Assembly: GCF_001194135.2 (NCBI RefSeq)
Contig: NC_068983.1
Span: 159,949,541 to 160,013,540 of the forward strand
Direction of reading: 5' to 3'
DNA length: 64,000 nt
DNA from: Octopus bimaculoides
Taxonomy: Eukaryota
The position numbers and the translations under genes were made by a program. The notes beneath the pieces were generated by a model, which saw nothing but the letters and a program-made list of their open reading frames with translations, was not told the DNA's origin and ran no database searches. Positions 12,900-27,045 of this stretch are shown here, piece after piece; the stretch's first letter is position 1; each line of letters starts with the position of its first letter.

Positions 12900-13300
12900 A
12901 CTGTCCTATCATTGTCACTATTGATCTGTCACTGTCCTATCATTGTCACTGTTCTGTTGATCCGATCAACAGAACAGCCTGTTCGTGAAATTAACGTGCA
13001 AGTGGCTGAGCACTCCACAGACACGTGTACCCTTAATGTGGTTCTCGGGGATATTCAGCGTGATACAATGTGACAAGACTGACCCTTTGAATTACAGGCA
13101 CAACAGGAACAGGAAGTAAGATTGAGAGAAAGTTGTGGTGAAAGAGTACAGCAGGGTTCACCACCATCACCCGCCAGAGCCTCGTGAAGCTTTAGGTGTT
13201 TTCGCTCAATAAACACTCACAATGCCTGGTCTGAGAATCGGAACCGCGATCCTATGACCGCGAATCCTCTGCCCTAACCACTGGGACATTGCGCCTCCAC
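12900..13300 (-). mobile_element. tRNA(Arg)-like-headed SINE family B, full length
   Basis: Minus-strand head GTGGAGGCGCAATGTCCCAGTGGTTAGGGCAG...TTCGCGGTC...GGTTCCGATTCTC has A/B boxes and a TCG anticodon-like loop. The body matches 48292-48545, with a 3' hairpin and short tandem tail. Confidence 0.85.
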
Positions 13301-15419
13301 TATAACAAATACAAAAACAAGCGAATATAACATTTTTTCTTTACTATCATTCACTAGTTATTAACTCTTTTCCCGTTCTGTTATATGTTCATATTAAGTA
13401 TTAGGTCGGATATTACTATATATGACTACTGATGTCTTCGGCATGCAGTCACAAACCACAAGGAAGTGAGGTTGAGTAATAATTATGCCTTTCTTAGTAG
13501 CACTGATGCTGAAACTGGCTTGCAGAATCAGTATGCGGTGAGTTCAATAAATTTTGTGGTGTTGTTTTGATATCACCATTTATATAGGAATTCAGCAGGT
13601 CATTTTAATAAACTGTAATGAAATGTAACATTAAATATATCTTTAGATGACTGAGAAAATGCAATATTATTGTTAAATTTAACCTTACTATATTTAACAT
13701 AAGACATCACAGTGCTTCATTCCAAATAGCATCAGAAACTTGTCACAATTAATAGAGGTAATTTCGTACATGTATTCTATAAAAATATGTAGCAGCTTCC
13801 TCAAAATAATTTTAAGATGATTATAAAAATATGTATTTTAAAAATGTCGCGAACGTTAGTTGCCTTTCGAAAATAAGTGTAACAATATCATAGATGTTTC
13901 GACATATATTTCTGTGTGTCTCACAGCATTTGACAGATGCTTCTAACTATATTATACGTGTTAGTATTTGGCTCTTATTTACTTATAAATGTCCTACCCA
14001 CTCTCATGGAATAATCTTTATCTAACAATATTCTTATTAAAATTCCTTTTAAAATTACTTCATTCTATTAACTTAAAGGAAACGAAAAGATAATTTAATT
14101 TCTATTTTGGTTTATATTTTGTTCCTCTGTGTTCACTGTTTAAGGAATAAGAATGCTATAAACAAAAATGTAAAGAAAGGAACAGCTATTTTGCATTTTT
14201 GTTGTTTTCAAAATCATGCACACATGCAAAGTTTAGATTAGATTACAGGAGATCAAAGGTTACATATCATCAGGACACTTTTGCTGTCAGTATATCTTCA
14301 TAAAGGCAAAAATTGGACTCCAGATATTCGGAGTGTTTTAATATCTGTCCGTATCGTATAACTAAGCGAAAACTGCAAATCAAAAATGACAAGTGAAGTT
14401 AGAATAACCGACATAGTACAGTAATCCAAAAGTGTCATTAAGTCAAATCTAATGCATTCTTGAAGATTTCAATAGACTTATTACTTGCTGTAGACATAAG
14501 ACTCAACATTAATGGGAAAGTATTCTTGTCGGTAAAATGAATATTACAACGAATATTGTTTAAACTAATAGCCATTGAGGACAGTGTTCCCCTTATATCT
14601 TTGTCTTTTTTAGCTTTCAAGATATTTTAAAAGAATTTATGATTTTAAACATTAAATATAACGTTATTGATATTATACTAAGTTCTATTATCTGACGTGT
14701 TCAATTGTTCTCCCAGAGAATTAAGTCGACATCAAGTTGAAGGTGATATTTGTCAAGAGAATTGAATAGATGTCAAGGTGATGGTTATGAATTTCAGAAA
14801 CAAATAAGATAACGCCAAGCAAATTGAAATGGCATACGCATCCCTTGATGTCTATTTTTCTACTGAGTGATTGTAGTTTTCGTTTCTTTTTTAAGAATTG
14901 AAGAAACAAGAAATTTCATATATTCTATGCCGTTATTCCCAGAAGAGAATAACGGAAAACGTCAGGCGATATTGAGAAATTTATTCTTCAAACTATTTAA
15001 GTTTTCTATCACAAACTTTGCAAAATCTTCAACATTTATTTAGCGATGTTCCCATCACTATTTCGGTAAATACGATCAATTCAGAGCTTTGTCAATGATG
15101 TGTTTATAAGAATAAGATATTTTCTTATTTCATTTCTTCATTTGTTGAAATATTTGAAATTAATTAATCCATGAAAAAAAAAAAATTCTCTTTATCGCAT
15201 AAGTATTTTAGTAGATCACTTTTTAATGGTCGCTGCTCTGAATATGTAAATAGTTAATCAACTATCATTTTTCATTGTGAGGATGTCTTAGAGGAAGTTT
15301 TGTCTACAAAATATAGGTAATGTACATCCTTTTGTTTAGATAGTAAATTATGAAGAGAACAACACGGAGATATGCTGTAAATTACGTGATTAAAACAACT
15401 ACATCTGTGTTAGGAACAA

Positions 15420-16170
15420 TAGATGCACACATGCGCACGTGCACACACACATACGCACACATTCTCACACAAACTCACACAATACACATGCATAACACAT
15501 GCAAACACACACGCACATATATGTGTAAATATATATGCATATATATGCACATACATATGTATGTATGTATTTATACACACACGCGCATACACACACACAC
15601 ACACACACATATAAATATGTGTGTATGGATACATTTGTGCGTGTATCCATAGAGACACTGCAATGCTGTGTGTATTGCCACCATCATTAAGGGATTCCAT
15701 AAACTGAATACACTGATTTGCATTAATAACTCAGTAATGTTTTGCTTTGAATCTATAATGATTGAGAAAATAAACCGGGTTCAGTCTTAATGCATGACAT
15801 CATGAGCAAATCATATTTTCCATTTAAATGAACTTGGGTAGACAGAAGCATCATAGAAGATCGTAGGATGGTTTGTACCAGTAATTCAAAATTACAGTAC
15901 AAAGATGTACTCTGCACTGCAAGTATAAATTTAATTCAATACTTTGGACGGATACAGATTATTATGTATACATATGTACACATACACATACTCATATATA
16001 TTTGTATATACATATGCATGTACATATACATACACACACATATATGTATATATACATACACACACATATATGTATATATACATACATATACCCATATACA
16101 TACATACATACATAAAAATACATGCACACACATTTACACACACACGTGTATCCGCTTGTATGTCCATATA
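15420..16170. repeat. CA/TA/TG microsatellite-rich tracts (15420-15650 and 15960-16170)
   Basis: Read directly from the sequence. Confidence 0.9.
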
Positions 16171-16249
16171 TGTAGTATTAAATTATTGAGATCCTTAATG
16201 TAAGATAGGTGTGTTAAAAAATTAAAGATTAAAAATTAAAATGGAGATA

Positions 16250-17705
16250 AAGGACAGTTAAGTAGAGTTGTTGGGGATTACCTAATGGTTGTTGTGTATA
16301 TATGCTGTGTGGTTATTTAAATTGCGTTTAGATTTGTGGCAAAATTTGAAGGTATGAAAAAAGAGGTGATTGCATGTACTTAGGATATTATTACCTTTAT
16401 TTAGTAGTGTCGAGGAGTTGTAATTTAATATGTTTAATGCCTCTTTTAGGCATAGCTTACAGGCTAAGCGTTGACCTTGGTATGTAAGCTCTGAATCTAT
16501 TATGGACCATGATAAAATGTAGGGAATATTTCTATTTTTGAGATGACGTATGTGACTGGCGAGTGTTGTAGGTTTACTGTTTCTCGAAAAGAACTGAGAT
16601 GAATGGCATATCGTTGTTTAAATTTTATAGTTGATCCTACATAAATAGTTGTAGGATTGTATAATGTGTTGAGGACAGTTCATTTATAACTTACATTAGA
16701 TCTACAATGGGTTTGTAGAGGACAGATGGACCCAGGACAGCAGTTACAAGTGGGTGTATTTGGGGGATTATTTTCAAGAATGGAGGAGGAAATACTGTCT
16801 GAGGAGAGATGAGAGATGGGGGTAGAAAGATCTAAGTTATTAGTATTATTATTATTACTATTATCGTTATTATTGCTATCGTTGGTGTTAATTATTTTAT
16901 CTCTGACGGTGGTGAAAGTTGTGGTAGTATTCTGGATAGTGTTAGTAGGATGGGTTGGGATATGGTTGTAGTCTAACGTATGGGGTTCAATGTTGGAGCT
17001 GTGTGCATGTTGGGTGCTCGTGTATTCAGAGTTGTAATAGTGTGAGCTTTTATAGTAGAAGGAAAGCTTTTTTTTTTAATTAGAGGCTGCTATGATAGAC
17101 TCGAAGTTGGGTGGGGTGGAATAGGATGGCTTCAGGGTAGATCTATTAAAGCTAGAGCACTATTTATCTTAACGAGGGAAGTTCTTAACGTTTAGTGAGA
17201 AGTGGGTGTATACCATAGAATAGAGCGCCCACCACTTTTTTGGGTGCTTAGGGGTAGTGCTATCTATATTTTTGGAAAATGGAGATGGGTAGCATGGCCC
17301 GTTCTTGTTAGCTGTTTTAGCTTTTGACCTACCTAGTGTTATATGTGTGCGTGTGGAATCCTAATACGGGTCCTCACCGGGTTCTAGTATAGTGTATGTG
17401 TGGTCTGTTGTGATTCTGACGGTCTACCATTGCGATTTGATTTGAGATATACGTTGCTTGAGCCTAGGATTAGGGATGCATTTTATTTGTTGGGAGAAGC
17501 CTCTGGCAGCGAGCGGTTGGTTGTAATATGGAGCGTGGTTATTGAATATTTCCTCAGTGGAAGAGAGGTCAGATATACGGCTCGAGATTTTCTTGATAAT
17601 GTTATCAAAGATGGATTTGTGGTGATTGGAATGAATGTTTAAGTATTTACAGTATTGGTTAGGTTTGTGATAAGGGAATATACATATAGACGATGAGTAT
17701 ATAGG
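16250..17705 (-). mobile_element. Second Penelope-like element, 5'-truncated (RT C-terminus, linker, GIY-YIG C-terminus)
   Basis: Minus-strand translation gives PYHKPNQYCKYLNIHSNHHKSIFDNIIKKISSRISDLSSTEEIFNNHAPYYNQPLAARGF and TTLASHIRHLKNRNIPYILSWSII...ACKLCLKEALNIL. Confidence 0.85.
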
Positions 17706-17974
17706 GATAAATTATCCAGGCGGGTACTCTAAGAGCTCTCAGCCACGGTTCAGGTTCCGGCAAGCCGCATCAAGTAGTAAGAAGCATTACACTTCGGACG
17801 AAGCTTATAGAGAGAGTCTGAATGAAGGGACATAGCAGAATATGGCAAGTTGCACAGGCAACTGCACATTCTCCATGCTGCAGAAACACGTGCCGATCAT
17901 GATCATTTTAGCTAATTATGCTGTAAAACTAACTGCTAAAATTAAAAGGAAAATTTGAAGATGTACCAGTTTAG

Positions 17975-18585
17975 ATATATGTGTGTATGTGTGTGTGTGT
18001 ATTTGTGTGTGTGTGTGTGTGTGTGCGTATGTCTTTGTGTTTGTGTATATTGTACATTTATATATATATATACATATGAATGTACGTATATGTATATGAA
18101 TATTTATATATATATATATNNNNNNNNNNNNNNNNNNNNNNNNNNNNNNNNNNNNNNNNNNNNNNNNNNNNNNNNNNNNNNNNNNNNNNNNNNNNNNNNN
18201 NNNNNNNNNNNNNNNNNNNNNNNNNNNNNNNNNNNNNNNNNNNNNNNNNNNNNNNNNNNNNNNNNNNNNNNNNNNNNNNNNNNNNNNNNNNNNNNNNNNN
18301 NNNNNNNNNNNNNNNNNNNNNNNNNNNNNNNNNNNNNNNNNNNNNNNNNNNNNNNNNNNNNNNNNNNNNNNNNNNNNNNNNNNNNNNNNNNNNNNNNNNN
18401 NNNNNNNNNNNNNNNNNNNNNNNNNNNNNNNNNNNNNNNNNNNNNNNNNNNNNNNNNNNNNNNNNNNNNNNNNNNNNNNNNNNNNNNNNNNNNNNNNNNN
18501 NNNNNNNNNNNNNNNNNNNNNNNNNNNNNNNNNNNNNNNNNNNNNNNNNNNNNNNNNNNNNNNNNNNNNNNNNNNNNTATATATA
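17975..18585. other. (TG)n(TA)n microsatellite with a 458-nt N gap (18120-18577)
   Basis: Read directly from the sequence. Confidence 0.95.
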
Positions 18586-21149
18586 CTGATTATATTCATT
18601 GTTAAAGGCTGTGGCATTAAATAAAATGTCGACTTTAAAATAAGAATCAATAACAGTAAAATGGAAAGTTCTAATATGCAGTGGTGTCACAGTGTCTATG
18701 ATGAAAGGAGATTCGGTCTTTCTGCTGCCCACATATCTCCCACTTTCTAAACAATAGTAATAAATATACTAAAATAAAAGGAACAATGGCCATTTTAAAA
18801 CCTTTTCAATTTAAATCTATATTGATTCATCTAAAATGGTCCGTCTAACTAAATTAGCTTTTGTCTCTTCAATCGAAAACTTCAAACGAATCCCAAAGTT
18901 CCAGCAGAGTAAATGCCTTAAATACATTTATATTTGGTTCTTATATAATAAATTTGTACTAACTTCTATCAAAGTTTATCACCTGTCTCTCAATATAGAC
19001 TTTATGGTGTAGAGCTATCATTATTCCAGATAACCAGGCTAGACTTAGAAATGTTCAACTGCTGTCGGGAACAATGATTTTCATTCTCAACGAACACTGT
19101 TCGCTTTTGTGATTATCGAAATCAGAATATAATCGGTTCTTATGCCACCCAACTGATCATAGACAAAAATTTCTCCGAAGTGAATTTTGTATACCACATA
19201 AACAATTTTCTCTATTTTCGTTATTTACTTACTTCGGCATTTCTACCTCCATCAATAATGCCTCTTCTCTTACACAATACTCCAACATGTCAGCTTCACA
19301 AAAGAAAGAGAAACTGAATAGAAACAGAGACAGCTGTCGTATCAAGTTCTTAGCTGCTCATAGACAGTCAAATGCCAGATTTCATTTATTTGGTCAACCG
19401 GCACAGGAAATAATAGTCTTCACCAGATTTCTAAATTTATCAGAAATAAATATCCCGTACAACCATCCATCCGAAGGACAATAGTAATAGAAACCTGGGA
19501 AAACCTAATAAATCGTTCGAGCAAAGAGCATTTGTTGAAAAATCATGGAAGTGTATGCTGTATAAAACCTGGAAGTGAAATGCTACGATTAAAAGTTAAG
19601 TGGTGATTGTAAATTGTGATTGTTTTTACTTCTATAGTTTAAGACTCTCCCCCGAAGTTTGAATATAAGAATATTAACTCTAAATAGAATATAAAGTTTA
19701 CTTTTAGAAATGGAGATGTATGCGTCCTATGCTTTCATTTGTATAAGATATGTATGAATATTACTTTCCTCGTTTTCCTAATATGATGAGCTACGTTTAA
19801 GTAAGGAATAAACCGAAAGAAAAGTGCTTTAAATTCACAGGCCTAATAGACATAGCTTAGAAATAAAAATTATTCTTTCTTTAACTGCTCCTGTTTCCAT
19901 TCTATTTCCAATATCTATCAGTAACATATAATTGAATTTATATGAATGAAATATCTGAAAGGATAATATTTTATTATGTTTTCATTTCCCTCGACCATAC
20001 CGTATTTTTTTCAAAGCAGGATCATATTATTCACTGTACGCTACCCCTTTCCTCTTTTGAGATTGAGGATTCGATTTAAGCGAGATTTGTAGTTATTTCT
20101 AGAGGGTCGAGCGATCAGGTAACTGTTTTACCATAAATGTAATGGACACAAAAGTACACAACAGATATATTGGACAAGTGTTAACATAATTTCTATGTTC
20201 TCGGTCAGTCTCACAAATTATTGATTTAATTATGGAAGAATTTACATTCAAGAGTAGTTAAACTTCTTGTAGAACAGAAGTAGGGTAAATATATTACATA
20301 ATTTAAATGTTCTGCTGTTGCGTGTTTCTCATCAGCATCAGTAACTATGAATAACTTTGGACGGCTTAAATGAAAGACACATTCGAACCTAGTACATACA
20401 TTTCCTGAAGTATCTTACCGGTTCAAAACATATCACAGGAATGAAAGGTAAAACGATTTCAAAATGTATATTTTAGAATAGACAGATGAAAATTAAACTG
20501 AATGTAATGCTACTATGTATAAAAACACTATTCCATTTGCAGAAAGCAGAATCAATATAATAAAATGGGTGCTAAATAAATTAGAGAGAATATAAGTAAA
20601 ATATAAGGCAGCTACTAATAGAGTCCCAAAGAGAAAACCGTAAAGCTAATATACATGAAATATTTGTGCTCCACACATCAGGAGTAACGGGTCTACTTTA
20701 AATAGAAAAGTAATATATACTTATAACAATGGTCGTTAGAAAATACTTAGAATGAATAAACAAAAAAAGTTTTCTTCATATGTATGGAATTAATAAGGTA
20801 CAATCCACAGACGAATAGCAACAGAGAAAAACATTTAAATAAGAACAAAGCAACAAAACAATTAAGCAAAAATACTTAAAGCAGAATTCCAGTAAATATG
20901 ATGATAATCATGATCAGGCCTTATTTTGACCGAGTTGACGTTTGGTTAAATTATCTAATCGGGAGGCATAATAGATTGGTCTTGTCTGGTAGTCATCCAA
21001 GGGATAATGCCTCGATCAAAACATCGGTGTTTGTACCACCTTATATTGCACAAAAGCTTATTCTACAACTGCATTAAAGATATTGGGTCGTCAGGTGAAA
21101 GTCTCTCAAACGTGAAATGTCTCAAATACAGTCGTATTGGCCTGGTCTC

Positions 21150-22135
21150 TATTCATCTAGTGCTGCAACGATTAGAACGTGGTTTCAAACTGACTACACA
21201 ATTATAAAGGAATGTTACAACAAGAGTGTGTCTGGTAAAAAAAGGTACATAAATGTATGCATATGATATGGATAGAGGGAAACATGCTCTCAATCACAGA
21301 ACAAAGGCTTCCAGATAAAAAATTTAAATTGTGGAAAAGCAATGGCTATCTCACTTGAACCTGGAATGCATTATCAGGGCAACAGAAGACGCATAATTTA
21401 TATATATATATATATAGGACGTTGAGCAAGATATAGCAAAAAGATCAATGAATCATCACAAGGAAAGTAGAATAAAGAGCGAGAAGAGAAATGTTCTTCC
21501 AAAAGTAGGAACGAAGCTTACTTCAACGTGTGAATGCGATAAGAAGTAGAGGGAGAATGAGATTACCGAGTTTGAGAGAAATTGAAAGTGAAAACGTATG
21601 ACAAGCAGTAAAGAATCTAGATAAACTATTAGCAGAAATCAAAGTTGAGAATATACCAGATGTAAACGTCCTCATATATTATGCAGCCTCTGTTGCAGTT
21701 GCAATTCCCGAAGTAGAGCAGAGAAAAAAGGGTCAAAGTTCTATACTAGAAAAGTAGACTTTAGAATCAAGTTAAGCAGTTCAATATAAATCCTTGAAAA
21801 ATAAATACTATATTTGAAAAGAATCTGGTGAAGGACATAAGGACGAGCTTCAAAGGAAGAACAACGTGAAGACAGAGAGAGTTACAGACTTCTAAAGAAG
21901 TGATAAGACAAAAAGTTAAGTAAAGTTGGGTAAAAATACTAGATACCAATAAAGAATAAATCAATATCAGCAGATCAGGCTCTTCAGAAACAATAGAAGT
22001 TTTGCTGTAGCTGAATAATGAGAATAAACATCAGGAGAATGATATACTGTATACTAAAGGTAGCAAGAAACTTTTGGGCAGATGTTTAAAGTAAGGGAAT
22101 TTCAACACAGCAGTGAAGCAGATTGGTTACATATT
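21150..22135 (+). mobile_element. Dong/R4-clade non-LTR retrotransposon, N-terminal ORF portion (decayed)
   Basis: Fragments such as RTWFQTDYTIIKECYNKS, ITEQRLPD and KLLAEIKVENIPDVNVLIYYAASV resemble R4/Dong N-terminal regions as I recall them; same strand as the RT/RLE part downstream. Confidence 0.6.
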
Positions 22136-22149
22136 GCAGAAATGGTTGA

Positions 22150-23050
22150 GGGCTTTTCAAGCAGCTAGGACATCGCTCGCATTGCCTTAACTAGTCGCTT
22201 CTTCTAGATTACTAACTAGCTTTCCGATAAATCTATTCTTATCGATAACTCTTTGCTAAATGTTATCAATTCTGATTTAATCACTCTATTCAGAACATCT
22301 CTAACTACTGGTTGTTGATGTTTGCCACCGTCAGCCTCTGCTAAAGAAATTTGCTAACTTTTTTCCGTAGTCTTTGCACACTAACTTCCAATAATCGAGA
22401 CCTTATCTTTGGTTCCTATATAAGTTGATCATACTAGTCACGAATGTATGGCCTATCTAGCTGACCAATTTGAGTGTAGACAACTTACGCTATTCATATT
22501 TCCTTGCTACATACTTTATATACAAGTTGAACGATTTACTGTGGTTAATCCTTGTATGCAATGGAACACCTGAAAAATAAACTCAGAGAGTTTGAAACAT
22601 CTGGGCAGATTGTCGATGCTTTGCGCTACTTCCTGCTAACACTGCGTAATTTCAATCCCCCACTGGTACTAATAATCGGAACGGTTGAAAAACATAGGCC
22701 TCAATGCCTCAATTAATGCATAGGAACACACTGTTAAAGGCACTGCTTTTCTCCTTAATATCTACTGACTTATTGTTAGGGTGCAGGAAAATTTCCCGTA
22801 TCTCGCAGTCTAAGTGTTTGAAGAATAACACTTCTATTTGGTTCATTTCTAAAAGAACAAGGGATGAAAATACTTTATAATCATAGACAATGTTTACTAG
22901 TCAGGTTCGGTGGGTTCCGAGATCTTGGTCTCTTTAATAGCCACCACATCTATGTCAAGTGACCTGAGATCATTGAAGCAACGATATATTTTATCATCTC
23001 GTTTAAGAGCGATGATTTCATTCTTATAGCATTATAGAATTTATGATACT
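22150..23050 (-). mobile_element. L1/Tx1-clade LINE fragment (apurinic-type endonuclease domain)
   Basis: Minus strand gives NDLRSLDIDVVAIKETK (QET motif), LVPVGD*N (GDWN motif) and GLDYWKL. Same family as the endonuclease at 28830-29200. Confidence 0.7.
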
Positions 23051-23134
23051 GCACTTTTTCCCCCAAAAGACTAAATGGTTGTGCGTGTATGAAACAACAA
23101 CAACAGCAACAACAGCAATAATAATAATTATTGG

Positions 23135-25020
23135 AATGCTTTCAAAAAGCATTTACGAGCATCTTGACAACCAGAATTTACTACCATAATGACAGAAAGG
23201 TTGTAGGAAGAAGGTCAGAGAAACGCATGATCTATTATGTATAGACAAAGCAATCCTAAATGAAGTAATGAAGTAAAAGCTAGAAAGAAATGACATGATC
23301 CCACACTCATGGATAAGTGAATGTTTGAGTATATTCAGTATAACAGACAACATAAGAGAATTAATTAGCTTTAGCATGAAGTAATGGAAAGAAGATCTCT
23401 ACACAGGTGACACACTCTTAAGGAAAGTTAATTTCAAAAGAGGAATTTTCCAGGAGGACTCATTGTCCTCTTTAATATTTGCCTTATGATTGATCCCTCT
23501 CAGTTTAGTATTAAAGAAGGCAAAAGCAAAGTATCAGTTCAGAAATAGTAATGGAAAAATTAACCATTTGCTCTACACGAATGATCTAAAGTTTTTTAGT
23601 AAGAATGAAAAAGAGACAGATTCCTTAATACAGACTGTAAGACTCTTGGGCAAAGATACAGGCATGGATTTTGGAATAGATAAGTGCACAATATTATTCA
23701 CGAGAAGGGAACTGGTAGTAAACAGAGAAGGCATCCAATTACCAGAGGGCTAGACATTAAAATCATTGAAAGGAGGAGGCAGTTATAAGTATCTATGAGT
23801 ATTAGAACCTGACATAGTACTAACTACAGAAATGAAAACGAAAATTGAGAAGGGTGAGTAAGCTAATGAAGTCAAAGTTAAATGGTTCGAATCTAATGAA
23901 GGATATGAATACTTGGACAGTATCATTACTTAGATACTCAGCAGCTTTTGTAGATTGGAAAAAACTGAAATAGCAAAGCCAGACAGAAGAACTAGGAAGA
24001 AATTCAATATGAATGAAGGACTCCACCCAAGAGCAGGAGTAGCAAGATTATACTTACATACAAAGGAAGACGGACGAGGGTTAATATCAGTAGAAGACTG
24101 TGTGGAGTTAGCTAGAATGGATATAGGCTCCTATGTAGGTAATGGCGAAGAAAGTTTATTCAAAGCTGCTAGAGTCACAGCAAAACAAAAGGAAACCAAA
24201 AACCCAAATGAAGCTAAAAACCAGAAAAAGAACACAAATCATCTGACTGGCAGGAGAGGGCATTGCATGCTAGATTCTCAAAAATAGTTGCAACAAATAG
24301 CAGTGGTGAGACATGGTTGTGGTTTCAGAAAGGAAAGCTGAAGAGGGAGATAGAAATTTTGTTAGTAGCTGCACGAGATCAAGCATTAGAGACTAATTGG
24401 ATAAAAGCCAAGATAAACAAAACTCAAGTATATTCCCTATGTAGATTATGCAAATTAAAAGTGTAAAGCGTTACTCACATAGTAAGTGAATGTAGACTGC
24501 TAGCACAGAAAGAATACAAGAAAAGACATGACAATCTAAGGAGAGTAATCCACTGGGAGCTATGTAGAAAGCTAGCATTTGAACATACTGATAAATGGTA
24601 TGAGCGCGAAGCTGATAAAGTACTAGAAAGTAACAAATACAAGATGTTGTGGGACTTGAACATTCAGACTGACACAGTAATAGAAGCTAGAAGGCCTGAT
24701 TTGGTATTAGTAGATAAAGAGAATAGAAAGTGCCACATAATTAACCTCACACTCCCAAATGATGAAAAATTAATATGACAAGTATAGAAAAAATAGCAAA
24801 TACCAGAACCTAGCTATCGAATTACAGAGACTGAGGAAAGTGCGGGTAAAATGTAATACAGTAGTTATAGGTGCATTGGTAACTATACCTAAAGATCTGA
24901 ACAGATGGATAGAGGAAATTGGCATAAAATCCAGTTTAGTACAGCTGCAGAAAACAGTGTTATTAGGAACAGCTAGAATGCTTAGGAGGGTTCTTGGCAT
25001 CTAAGGTTACTTACTGTAAG
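23135..25020 (+). mobile_element. Dong/R4-clade non-LTR retrotransposon: RT, CCHC knuckle, restriction-like endonuclease and 3' end (decayed)
   Basis: QKGC, DMIPHSWI, RGIFQEDSLS, INHLLYTNDLK, GGRGLISVED-like, CRLCK..VTHIVSEC, KRHDN, WDLNIQTDTVIEARRPDLVLVDK, KY..LAIEL and LQKTVLLGTARMLRRVLGI*. Confidence 0.9.
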
Positions 25021-25879
25021 GCTCTTATCATATTCCAGGTAAAGTTTGAACATAAGTAAAGTCTATAGATAAATTTAAATAACTTAATACATTCCTACAA
25101 AAGCAGTAAGTATAGTTACACAGAACATTTGAGACGTAGCACTATCTTTTATTACGTATGATAAACATAATTATTTTTGTAAGAACACAACCATAAGTGT
25201 TATCGCAAACCAAGTGCATCAAGAAATTAAAAAAATTATCGGGAGTAAGAATGGATTCCATCGTAGATATTAATCTCAGACACGTAGAGTAGCATACACA
25301 CAGATAGGATTACTTGCAGATTGCGTGCCTCATATTTAAATCCACTACACTATATATGAGCTAAATCATTGTTAAGCGTATAGTTCTCTAGACCTTAGAT
25401 TATCTTCAGATTTTAATCACAATAAATATTTCCTGCTAATAGGTGAAGCTTGGCTTGATGCGTCTCAATTAGATTTAATTTATCTAAAGTTACATCCTAT
25501 GGTGATACAATATTTGTAATATTAAAATCTATTACGTTCAGTATTATGAAAATGCATTCACAGCAATACAAAAGTGACGTTAACACTATATACAGGAGTC
25601 ACAATTTATTTCATTACCGCAGAAAACATCGGTAACATATAGATTAACTATTTGTGATATATTTGGTTTTGAATATTAGGCAACCAAGCATCACTGAGAT
25701 AAATCGGGCTCCAAGAATTGAATTTACAAGAGCGCACTACTATAAATACTATGCACATACTGATTATTCAGCATAATATTGTATAAGCTGATATTTACAT
25801 AATACTGTTGGCTTTTGGAAATTGTGAATTAAAAAAGTTATATAAAAGATAACATGGTGTTTTGATTGCAGAAATGTTG

Positions 25880-26690
25880 AATGGTTCATGAGACAGATAG
25901 TGCAAAATTCCGAAATCTTTCTGATCCTGGTATGTAGATAATTAGCAACGGTATTACTGGTAAAAGTAACGTTCATGAGTAGAAAACAACGCGGGTGTTC
26001 CCGTTCGGGAAACCATCTTCTCGTGAACATAACACTGGAGAAGTTCACACGCGTGTTTTGAGAGCAAAAATCAAAAGTATAACTATTTTAAGACAAGAAG
26101 AGGCTAAAGAAACATACATTTTATTACAACAGCTTTCTGATTCTTTCCCTGTAGCAGAGTTGTTGAGTCTGTGTTCATTTCAAACACCATTTGCTCCAGA
26201 AATTATTATCATGAACTGTCCGGAGTATGTACGAAAGATAAGATAAGATAACATCTTATTTTACTTTCCTCATCTGATTTCACAACAAGTGACTATCTTT
26301 AACTGCTAAAGTTTTAATTTCATATATCATAATCGTCGTTATGCAATCGACTACACGAATTCTTCCTTTGTAAGTTTCGCTATTTTTAACGGATTAACTA
26401 AACAGCTGATAAAAATCCTTATTTTCAATATTAAATCGACATTCCAGCAGTCAATCAGCTTATTGTGTAACAATATGGCACTGAAACTGATCTCTAAAAA
26501 TATTCATTTATATTTACACTGCCAACGTTGAAACGGAATGTCTATCGGGCACACTGTCTGGGAAATATTAGCACTATGTCCAATTTTACTGTCAATTGTT
26601 CGATTTCCGAAAACATTTCCTTGAATCGTTCTTCCGTTTTTGTCTGTGACATACTGAAGAGCTTCGGGACATGGTTATTCGCTTTCATTA
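25880..26690 (-). mobile_element. Probable hAT transposase relic
   Basis: Minus strand gives EERFKEMFSEIEQLTVKLDIVLIFPRQCAR*TFRFNVGSVNINEYF*RSVSVPY, resembling the PR..RQ..R.N...EYFRRS..IP segment of hAT transposases. No TIRs or TSD identified. Confidence 0.4.
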
Positions 26691-26974
26691 AATGAATATG
26701 AACATCTTGAAGAACTTGTGTTACAGATTTCCGTAAATTATAATAAAAGTATAATGAAATTATAATAGAGATGGAGAAGACGCTGTATTTAATAGAGGCT
26801 CCAAGTAAAAGCTTTTCAGAGCGGTTTCCTGAAGCTATAGTGGCCAGTTAACATAATTTTTTTAAATATTTAAATTTTTTCAAAGTTAATGGAAAAATTC
26901 TAATAATAATATATTTTGCAATACAACATGTTTAACATGATACACACTCAGCATAAGACATATCCTTAAGCATT

Positions 26975-26977
<3 letters not shown>

Positions 26978-27042
<65 letters not shown>
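26978..27042. repeat. (TC)n microsatellite abutting the 3' end of the Tx1-like LINE
   Basis: Read directly from the sequence. Confidence 0.95.

Positions 27043-27044
<2 letters not shown>

Positions 27045-27045
<1 letters not shown>

Noticed and set aside
13210-13300. Possible tRNA-Arg gene on the minus strand
   Set aside because: No proper acceptor stem and it continues into SINE body sequence; it is a SINE head.
17706-17830. Possible inverted terminal repeat or ribozyme at the 5' junction of the second PLE (GAAG-CATTACA-CTTC hairpin)
   Set aside because: Only a 4-bp stem is visible, core motifs are absent, and no matching repeat was found at the other end.
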